This document shows, in pieces, positions 10,501-22,500 of a stretch of 64,000 bases of DNA. The DNA lies in the IMG/VR virus record IMGVR_UViG_3300047283_000054, one strand, 5' to 3'. Under the pieces are notes generated by a model that ran no database searches, was not told where the DNA came from, and saw only the letters and a list, made by a program, of their open reading frames with translations. This DNA comes from a virus (Duplodnaviria > Caudoviricetes). Made by a program: the position numbers and the translations under genes. Position 1 is the first letter of the stretch, and every line of letters starts with the position of its first letter.

Positions 10501-13500
10501 GAAGATGAGCTAGCTACTTCGACAGCTAATGCACTATTAGACACAACATAATAAGTAGTGCCTGCAGTCAATCCACCGATGCTTTCAGACAACACAAACG
10601 GTAAGTTGTTGTATATGTTTGTTAGTCCACCACTTAGATATCTCAAATATAAATAATTGCCATTACTGGTAGAGGCTACTGTATCTCTTGTTACTAAATT
10701 ACCGTTAGTTCCCGATACACCAGTACCTACACTTGCTACAGTTGGGTAGAACGTAAACAATTGGCCAGTAACTTGTCCTGGACTTACTGGTAGTCCAACG
10801 TTCATTGTCATTGAACCTGTTGCAGTTGTTAATTGTAACGCAGTAGCTTGGCTAGTTAATGTGCAACTACCTGTTCCAGTACTCAACGTAGTCACCGGTC
10901 CGTTAATAATAGTTGATAACGTTATTTGTGTACCATTGAAAATACTTGCCACATAATAAATTTGTCCTGCAACAAGACCACCAAATACTGTTCCAGTAAA
11001 GATTATCGGGTCATTCACACTTAATTCTAATGTAGATCCAACTGTTACTAAGTTAGTTGTTACCGTAGTATTAGTTGCTGTTAATATTAAAGGATCATTT
11101 GTTGTTGATATAGTAAATGTTTCACTATCTATAACAGTTATGATATAATAGGTTTCATTTTCGATGATGCCACCAAATACATTTCCAACAAAGTATACAG
11201 GTAGACCAACATAGAAGCCACTAGTTCCTGCAGTACCTGTTGGTAGTGTTGGGGTTGTTATAAAATTAGTTGTTAATTCTGTTGCGGTTACATCTAATAT
11301 GCCAGGATATGCTATAGTTACAACTGCGGTATTTGTTACTTCACCAACGTAGCAAGACATACCGGCTGCGGTAACTGTATAGTCAGTTAATGGCAATACT
11401 GAACCACTAACAGTAGTTGATATTGAGAAATCACTTTCATTTATAACGTCAGCTACATAGTAGGTAGTATTATTTGTAATTACTGGACCCACTGCACCAG
11501 TAAATTTAACTGGCATACCTACATAGAAGCCAATTGTTGATCCGGAAGCATTTGGTTGAGTACTATCGTAAGTTAGTCTTACAAAATAACGTTTCTCATC
11601 ATCAGGTACACCTGGACCAGCATCTACTGTTTCACCTACTTGACGAATAAATGATGACCATGTAAGTACCTGGTCATTTGCAATATCTTGTATTTCAAAT
11701 GTTGCACCTTGTGCGCTAGCTAAAATATCATCGACCGGTGGCTGAGTTTGTTCTAATGTAATAGCAGAACTTGCAATTCGTGTGCTGTTGTTAAATAATC
11801 CAGCATAAAAACTACCATAGAAATTGTCAGGTGCCCATTCAGTTACTTGAGAATCATACGTTGTTCTATCAAAGCGTAATGTTACGATATTTTCTCTAAT
11901 TGGTGTTGATGTTGATACACAACTTGCTCTTGCACTTACTGCAATATTATTATTACTTCCAGTTCCAGTTCCAGTGAGTACTACTCTATCATGGTCTTGT
12001 AATGCATTTGCATAACTTGTATACAATGCAACAACATAGAAAGGAGTATTTTCTAATACGGCAAGATAATAATATTGACCATCATCTAATCCACCCACTG
12101 CAGTGGTATTAGTACCTACATAATACTGTATTAAATCACCTGTCTGAACAAATTGAGTTTGTAATGTAATTGTATTGGTTAATAAATCAACATCTGTATT
12201 AGCAAACGTTACAATCTCACTTGGGTCAATGCGAATCTCCGGCAATACTTGATAGCCCTCACCTGGATCAATTACATCAATACGTAGAATTGTATCTAAG
12301 TTCATCACAGGTTGTAATATAGCCGCACGTCTTGGTGCTGGATATATAGTTGTATCAATATACGCAGTGACCTTTGGTGGTTCAGCATAACCTCTACCGC
12401 CATTCAATAACAATACAGGAGGTAAGTCAATGATAATTTGTTCACCAGGAAGATGATTTGTTATAGTAGTACCGTTAACTCCACGAGTCAATCCACTTAG
12501 TGTGCTATATGCTCTATCAACGCTACTGTATGCAATTTCTTCTGTACCAATTAGTATAACACCTGTAGTTGGGAAGCCGAATACATTATCAACAACCATT
12601 GATGTGCTATTCAATGTCAAATATGATAATAATAAAGTGATTGGATAATCATTTACTCCGGTAATACTTAAGCCTTGATTATTAAACCAATTAATGTAAG
12701 GCTGAGTTTGCCAGATAGGATCAGTTGGCAAGTATTGATTGATACCACTTGGATTAGCATATACTAATTCAGGAGTAATATACTGTTGAAACTGTGTGTT
12801 ATACTGTGCAGGTAAATCAAAATCAGTTATCTCACCTTCATACACATCAGTACCAGTATATTTAAATAAGAAGTCTTTGATTACCACGTGGTAAGGTTTA
12901 GCTTCATTCAAGTAGCCTGACAAGAATTCTTGGTTATCACTTTGGAATACTTCCAATGGTAACAATTCACGTATAGTGTGTCCAACATCAATAAATGAAG
13001 TTTTGTTTAACCAAGGTAAATAATTTTGACTTTCTATAGTTTCACTAACAATATAATTGAACATCAAAATTAATGATTTATTTCTGAACAATAATAAATT
13101 GCTAGGTAATTCTTCATTCACTGCACGAATGATACTACGTGTTTCTTCACTTGGAAAAGTATCAAATGGTGTTGTGTCAAAGAAGTTATCACCAAATCCT
13201 ATTCGTGCTTCTGCATAATCCCATAATGAACTACTAAACTGTATTGTACCATTTTGCAATCCAATACGAACCCACTCAATTCCATCATACACATATGTTT
13301 CTTGTAATCCGTCACCATTATTATTAACAGTAACAATCAGTCCAAGTTGAGCATTGATTGGAGCTAAATCATAATATGATTCCACTAACATAGCAGACTT
13401 GGTATTATCATTGTAACCAGGAGCCCACCAGTTAATCAATTCCCAATAGTCTTGTGTATTGTAGAATAATTCCGGTGCACCAGGCCAATTTGGATTATCA

Positions 13501-16500
13501 ACTGTAGAAGGATTGATTGCACCTTCTGTGAATAAGAATTTCAAACTGCTTGTTTCTGCTAATGGATACTGTGCTAATACTGTGTTATAGAATTGCAAAT
13601 AGTTTTCTAATGCTTTAAATCTATTGTAGAAGAAACTTTGACGAGGGCGTACTAATATACCACTCTGTACTGGTTTTGGTAAGAATGGATCAGGAACAAC
13701 TGCACCGGTTTGATTGACACCGCTGAAGCTTTCAAGCAGTCTATTATACAATGATTCTGGTACTACTGTATCTCCTATGCCAGGTATACCTGGTAAGAAG
13801 TCATCAGCATAATTAGAACGTATTAAACTATAAACACTGTGCGAAACATCGTCATTTGTACCAGTAGCAAATCCAATATGCATTGCGGTGTCAGTATCAT
13901 TGATATTACTACTACAATTATATAAACCAAATACATTTGGTTGTATTGCTGCCATATATGAAATGCCAGTAGATAATGGTGTAGCAACATATGATTCACA
14001 TATTGTATCCGATAATGTTTTTCCTATTTGAGTAAACACTAAGTTAGTGTTTCTTACCCAATAGTAATACACAGGCACAAGAGCACCGGTACTATTCAAT
14101 CTATATTCAATTGCATAGTCATCAATACTACGAGGTGTGCCTGGTCCTTGATATGCGATTGGTTCTACATCACTGGTAACCCAGCTATATACTTTAACAT
14201 CACTGCCGGGGAATACTCTACCCCACCATTTACTATTGTAAACAACATCATCACTTTGATGATAGTTTACAAATCGTGTAGTGCTTGTGTCGAACCATAA
14301 CTTACCTAATTGTCCTGGACCCCATACGGTAGAACCTTTATTCGTTGCATCGGGACTATTGTAATTTGCAGGGTCAGTGTTAGATACTATGTCTAAATTC
14401 TCACGTACTGCGCCTAATAATTTACCTTGCAACGGATCAATATAATCTAAATTGTCTAACGTATTGTTAGTTGAGACACTATATAACTGCACGTTTTGTA
14501 TAGCCTCAGTATCAACGATTGGTGCAGAATTACGATACACTGTCCAATCAGCTTCACCTGTACTATTGTTATAAATTACTACTTGACCATTATCATATCC
14601 AGGTCTGAAGTTAGGTGTACCAATGATAACACTGTTATTATTAAAATCTAACGCTGTACCATAATATGGTTGGCTACCATAATCTTCATTCAATGCATTA
14701 ACGCTTTGAGCATATACATACGCACCAGAGTTATTTACATTTTCATTGTAGACAGGCAAGTAATCATACATATACACTGCGCCTGCATTAACAAAACTAT
14801 CTATGAACTGTGTTGTATTGTTATCAAACAATGTATCATTGTCATAATTTTCATCATCACTTGCATCAAATGTTGTTTCTGCATAACGTGCTGATGCCGG
14901 CGCACTTACTACAAATGAACCACTTGAGTTAAACTTGATTGTAGAACCAAATTGTGTTCTACCTTGACTATGCGGGTCATTAATTAATTGTGTTTGTGTA
15001 TATAACTGTATACCCAATTGGTCTAATACATCGGCATCTAAAACTGATACAGTTAACTTAGCATTGACAAATGCTAAATCTACACTGATAACTTGAATAG
15101 TTAAAATGTTATTTGAAGCAGATGCAGTAACGTTTGTAATGTTTGCAGAAGTAATAGCATTAGCGGTAGTTGTTGCATTACCTGCGGGAATAGCTACTGC
15201 ATACCCGTTTACTAATATTGTAGTAGCTGAAGTTATATTACATTCAGTAGTGCCGGTAACTATACCATAACTACTACCGCCATATGTATAACGATAAACA
15301 GCACCTTCAGCATTTTGACTGTTAATTTCAAACGGTGCACCAATCAACAATTCATTTGCGTAAGTGTCTACATCTAAACTATAACCAAAGTTTGTTCCAA
15401 CTTCAGGATTAGCATCAACTGATGTGAATTCTTGTGTTAATACAAATTCAGAACCGCTTACAGTAATGATATCACCTGCAGTTAATGATTGGTAAACATT
15501 TATTGTTGAACCAACAATAGCATAGTTATTATCCGCAATTAGAGTTCCATTGACACTTACAAAGATTGGTTCAACTTGTGCAACCAATGTCATTGTACCG
15601 GAAGAATTTAATAACGTTACAACTGCACCACCTCTTGTTAATGATAATGTTACAGTGGAACCAACAATAGTTTTAATATAATAAACTTGATTTAATGATA
15701 CATTGCCAAATACGGTACCAGTAAACACCACTGGCATATTAACCACCAAACCAGTAACGTCATCTAATGTAATAGCATTGCTTGTTATACTTGATGCTTC
15801 TGGTGTTAGTGTGGCTGGTGTAAATATCAAACTAAACGTTTGTGGGGCAAACGGTGAACTATTGTACGGTGCCTCAAATGTTTGTACTAATCTTTCAAAC
15901 GTGTAAGCTGTACCCAAATCAGCAACAACAGTATCATTTTCTGGCGCACTAACAGCTACAATGTTACCATAATAGTTTGTAGCAAGTGAATAACCAAAAT
16001 TGTCACCTGCACTTAATCCGGCAACTGTAATTGTGTCAGATAATTCATATAAAGTAGTTAAAGCAGATTTACGATAGACATAAACTAAATTCTGTTCATA
16101 TGCAGAGATGTATAGCCAATTTTGGTCACCAGATAATGCGATTGAAGAACCCCAGTTGGTTACAGAATCGTCATCAGGTGATTCAATTACTTGTACTTCT
16201 TGTAATTCATTAACTAAATTGTTAATTACCAAATCGTAAATATAAACTTTTCTGTCAGTATAGGCTGCACCAGTTGGTTGTGATATTACAAATAAGTTAT
16301 CTGTGTATGCAATCGTAGAACCAAACGAAACATCCTCAGTAATTGTTTGTACGATACTGTAAGAATCGAAAACCGGGCTATAAGAATAACGATATGCAAC
16401 ACCATTATCAGCATCAGTTATCAAATATCCTAAATTACTTGTTTGTGCAACTGCACTACCATATGTTAATGAATTAGTTTTTAATAATTCATCTTCATAT

Positions 16501-19500
16501 ACATAGTTTAAACTTTTACGATATACAGCCCAAGAGCCATCATCATTTTCATCAACCCAAACTTTATTCTTTACAAATTCGCTATCAAGTAAAGGTAAGT
16601 TATTAATATCACTTGGTGTAGCTACACGTTGAGATGAGAATTTCATCGCAACACCTTCACCGGTGATTGTTGTCAATGCCGATGATAAGCTTAATAGAAT
16701 AGTTACTCTAAATGGATCTACTACTGTTGCGACAATTCTGTAACCATCAATATTACTATTAAAATTAACAATAGCAAATGGTTGGTATTTTGCTAAGTTG
16801 TGCGGTGTTGCAAACTGTAATGTAACAGTTCCATTTAAGTTATTAATTGCACCCACTACTTGTCCGGCACTTGTTGGAGTATATACTTGCCAAGTACTGT
16901 TATAATCAGCTAACCATACGTATTCATTTACATATAACTGTGATAGAGGAGTCGTTGCAGTATTCAATCCATTGTAATAGTATGATGAAATTTTAACATC
17001 ATTAAAATTAGGATAACCTGCATCCGGGAATACTCTATTTGGTGTGTCTGACGGTAAAGTGGGTAATACATTTGGATTATTTATAGGTCTGCCATAATTG
17101 AAAACTGAGTACAGAGGTACTTCTTGTTCTACACCATCAGTATATACACCGGTAGTAAGTCCAACAATAGATGGATTACCTGTTAATTGATTTTGATTTA
17201 ATCTAAAGTCAACAAAGTTGTTGTTTAATACACCACCAAACTCACCTGTCTTTATGGCCCAGTTTTCATACACATCATAATCAATACCACCTTGTGGTAA
17301 AGTTAATCCTTTAAAACTATTTGCCGCAATTCGTGTACCTTTTTCTTTAATAAGGTTTTTATAAACATTAACCTGTGTTATGTCTGTCAAATCAGCTAAT
17401 GCCAAGTAATCACGTGGTCTATATCCAATCAATGACCAACTTAATAAGTCACTATCTTGGTCTAAATTAGTTTTGTTCGTATCATAAAACAACGTAGATT
17501 CATATGAACGTGTAGAACTATTAGGTAGTAATCCTTTTTGAATTTCGTTGTAGTCTGTTTCTTTCCAATACTGTTCTTCAAATATATCTTTTGCATTTAA
17601 TACTTTTAATGCAAACCAATATTTGTTTTTATACTCAACAATACTACCTCTGGTATATTTTTGATTAGGACTCCATTCTTCAATATTATCTTGATTAAGA
17701 ATAAAGCCCTGTGCATCAATTGTACCATTCCAATCAGCAGATTTTGTACCTCTTGTTAAGATACGAGTTTGTCTTAAACCGGTTGTTAAATTATATAATA
17801 CGTCATTGAATACTGTAACATTATCAAATACAATACCATGTTCAAAATTACTAATGTTAAACTGACCATAAGCAACGGTATCACCTTCATTTAATGGTGT
17901 TGCGCTGAAGAACGTACTGTCACGTGTTACAGATAATTCATTGCTTTGTATTGGATAGAAATTTTGATTTAAAATAAAGTTTTGTCTTTGTAGAGTTAAT
18001 GGTTGAACTACATGACTCTCTTTATTAATAGTAATCAAATTAGCGGCTGGGTTTAAGTTAACTAAACTTCCTGTTTCCCATCCACTCTGTGCCCAGTATA
18101 ATAATTCTGTAACCATTTGACGCCAGTTAACATCTATGCCAGATTCAATCTGGTCGAATAATACACCTTGCGTTAATAAATATGTTCCATAGCTGGCTAT
18201 AAATTGACTTAATGATTGTAAGTCAACAAACTCAGTTCCGTATGGTACTATATTAGTTTTGTTTTCAACATAGTCATTTGCCAATTGAACTGATAAATTA
18301 CCCACCGTAACTTTATTATAATTGCCATTAATCTTAGGAGTTACTGTAGTAAAGTACGCAGTATCTTGTGAGTTACCAAATACTTTCCAACCAGCGTTTG
18401 TACTTTGCACAACAACGCCGCTATAAATTAATGTGGTGATAGGTATGTTATCATACAACACCACACTATAACTTTCGTCAGGAATTAACAATGATGCATT
18501 TCTACTGTTTGGTGTTCCTTTTTCAACATAGAAACCAAGTAAACTCTTATCACTAAATCCTGCCAATCTATAAATTAATCTTACGTCTAAATTATCAAAC
18601 AAGTCTGTAATGTTTTGTGTTGCATTAATACCAACTTGCTTTTCATAATCAACTATCCAGTTTATATAACTTGTTTTAGGTGTTCCGTTGCCATAGATAG
18701 CAACATCACTAATCACTAAGTGACTGCGATTATTAACAAGATACTGGTTAAATTCAGTACTGAATTTGTAGTTGTCTACATCAAACCCTAAGTTAAAGAA
18801 TTGTGCAGGTTTAGTAAGGGCAAGAATCTTCATCAAGTCAAAAGGCCAACTACTGCTTCTACGATATGAGAATTCAACCGGGCCTACATCTCCCACAGCC
18901 CATTCATTTTTAAATGTTCGGAAATTGTAATTACCCATTACTGCGTCAAACGGTGACAATAAATTACCGGAACTGTCTACTGGAATAACACTTAATAGTT
19001 CTTCTCTGATAAATTCAGGAAGCACTACTGGATCACCGTTGTTCCAATTAATGCCGGCTGCCATATCACCCCATAATACTAAGTTATCACTTGTGTATGG
19101 GGCGGCTCCGTATCTATCATTCCACCAAGTTGGCTGATTTGTAAAACCAATCATTTCCCAAGGGGTAGTTTCCGGCGTACTTGTATCATAGAAGTACTCA
19201 TATATACCTCTCCAAAATCCTTGCGGGATTGGTTGTCCATTAATTCTATTACCAGACTGAGTGTAGTTGTAACTAAATTGGTCGTTGGGTTGATAAAATT
19301 GTTTTTTATATTCAACACGATTCTGACCAACCCAATTTAAGAAGTATTGACTGTATATTTGTAAGACTTCATCATATGAGTAGTTGGTTGTTCTAAAGAA
19401 TCCAGGAATAACATCATATTCAGTAATAGGAACAATATCTGTTAATTTAAGATTGTTATAAACACGTGTTTCAAATTCTAATAATGCTTGGTCTCTAAAA

Positions 19501-22500
19501 TCAACCAAATTTCCATTAATGTATTCGCCGTACAATTTAGTATATGAGCCGTCGTGACCTTGAATAAAATATGTAGGTTGAGAATAATTACTATCTAATA
19601 CAACGCCAGGAATAAATGATGGGTACAGTCCCAATTTAGTAGGTGTGTTTGGAACATAACTTCCAAATGTTTGATTATATTCTTTAATTGTTACTATATC
19701 ACCAGGTGATAAATCTTTTGTAATAGTCAATGATGGAGTATCAGTACTTACAGTATAATCCTGATTAGTAATTAATTGTTGTGTTGATGTAAAGTTATCT
19801 ACTGTTGTAGTCAAATAAACTAATACACCATAATAATTTGCAGTATCAAAATCATAAATTCTTGTTAAAGGGTATATGCTTGTATCTAATGAATTAGCAA
19901 AAGTATAGGTATTAGTAACATATGCCGCTTTACTTGGCAACATATCACTCCAGAAGAAAGATTCTGATTCTGTTTTATTCTGAGTAATTTGATCTAATGC
20001 ATCATCTAAAATAGTTGCAGGAGATTGATACACGTTATATGCAGTTCTATCTATCGTGTAAACTAATAATGCTCTGAAATTAATATACTGCTGACTATTA
20101 TACTGCAATGAGTTTATAAGATTATTATTTTGTGACCTTAATAATGATCCAGGTAATGCTAAACTTGCGCTATTTTGAATAATCTTGTTTCCCCATGGTA
20201 CAAGATTACCCAAATCACGGTAATTGTTTGAACCAAAAACATCGCCGGTTGTGTTTGGGTTGTTATAGAAAATACTTTGATATTGTCCGCGAATATCACC
20301 TACGTTAACAACAGATACATCATCATTAAACGGATTATTTTGTAAGTTGATAGGTATTTGATAGTACGCAGTTGTACTTACTTGGTCACTTAATAATGTT
20401 ATCTCAACTACTGTATCAATCAATGGATTGGGTACAGTGAAATTTACAATTGTAGAATTGTCTGTAATAGTAAAAGTATAAGTTGATGTGTCTTGTAATA
20501 CGTTATTAACGTAAACTTGAATATTAGGCCATACGGTATTTGTTGCGGCAGCTATATCACAGGTATAGGTTGTTGTCGCTTCAGATGCAACATAGTTAAA
20601 AGAAAATATTTGATATTGACGACTTTCTGCAACAGCAGTTTGCCATCCTAATTGTCTAACAACAGTTGTTCCAGATGTGTAATTATATACATAACCTGTA
20701 TTAACTTTTTGTGTGATAGGTGTTGTGCCACTTACATAATTGAACGTTTCACTATTTAAAGGTACATCAAAGCTAATGTCACCCACGTTATTAACCGCAC
20801 TATAACGTAATGGGAATCCTAATACAATATCTTTGATGCCAGAACCAATTCCGTAACTGAATAATTTGTTGCCAGCAAATGATGTACCTACATACACATC
20901 GGTGTCACCAAAGCTAATGCCATCATTATCAAATATATCAAAGTATGGTGCTTGATTAACTGTTGTTTTTTGTTGTGCGATTAACCAATCAATACCATCA
21001 AAGTAAAAATCTTTACCTTCATTATTGTATCCCTTAAATGCAAAGGTGCATTCCAACGGTAATACTAATCCGTCACTTGCTTCAGTAAGAGTAATTACCG
21101 GCGTGCCTGTACCTTGTATATCAGAAAATCTTACAACATATATTTTGTTTTTAACATTTTCATTTATATCAGCAGAAAACACAATTCTTGCACCATCATA
21201 CAATGAATAGTTATCATTTGATAAGTCATTTGCTACCAATGATGAACCTGTCGTAGCAGGTATCGTTGTAGAAGTATCCCAAGTCACAGTAAGTGTTAAG
21301 GTTGTTGTTCCAGTAATAGTAGTAATTTGAGTATTTCTAGGTAGTACATTGGTAGTATCACTTATATATTGTCCAACCTGAAACGTGCCAGTAACATCTG
21401 ATGCGGGAACAGTAATTGTCGTACTTGTTCCAGTAACACCTGCAATAATTGCAGTATAAGCAGTATAAACTTCAACATCTGGCCAATAGTTTTCTTGACC
21501 GGCTACAAGTGTAAATGCATCAGTTGTTCTATCATCAAAAAAGTCGATTGGATCTTTGCCAATGACACCATTATTAAATAATCTTAAATTAGGGTAAAAC
21601 TCAATGATTGGGCGTTTAGCTTTATTGTCTTGTGTTGCATATATTGTTGCAATCGCAGGATTATTGTTATATGTGGCAGTTGCATTGATAACATCAATGT
21701 GGAACCAACGATTGCTTCTTGACCAAGCATTTTTATCTATACTGTTTCGTGCAATCGTAATATAATCTTGATATACAGGAATATACAGTGTGCTATCATA
21801 GTTACCTATATCATATGGCAATGAATCAAATGGAGTGTATGCACCTTCAGTAAAAGGTTCTGGTGTAATAAGGTCTGCAACATTTATTAATTCAATAGCA
21901 GTACCAACACCTTCTACATAATATTCACCATCTTTATAGCTTGTAGGAAAAATATCTCCACTGAAACTTACTTTAAGTCCATTGGTAAATACTACACCAT
22001 TTGGGCTTGTGTACTGTGATTGACCTAATATTTCAGTAATATCTATTTGATTAGTTGAATTGCTTTCAATCAATCTAATGATGCCAACCTTGTTAGCACT
22101 TGTACCGTCTTGGTAATACAATGTATCTAATATAGCACTTAGATATGGTACAAGATTAATAGATCCACTAGTGTTGCGGAAAAAGTTTCGTGCTTTCCAT
22201 TCTGTGCCATAGTTCGCAGTAATCTTTTCATTTGTTGGAATATTACTTGCTGGAACTAATCTTAATACAGGATCAGATGGATCGCCCACATAAGTTATTG
22301 TGTAGAATGTAGCAGATGTGTCTGTATAAAAACCACCTTCAAAATTATTAAAATCAGCACTGGATCCAGGTGGTGTATAGATCGCACCACCATCTTCATC
22401 ATATAGTGTTGTGTCATAAAATTTAGAAACAAATCCCTGTTCATCAACAACACCGGTATTGTAAAACATAACAGTAAGACCTTCAAGTCCTGTCACGCCA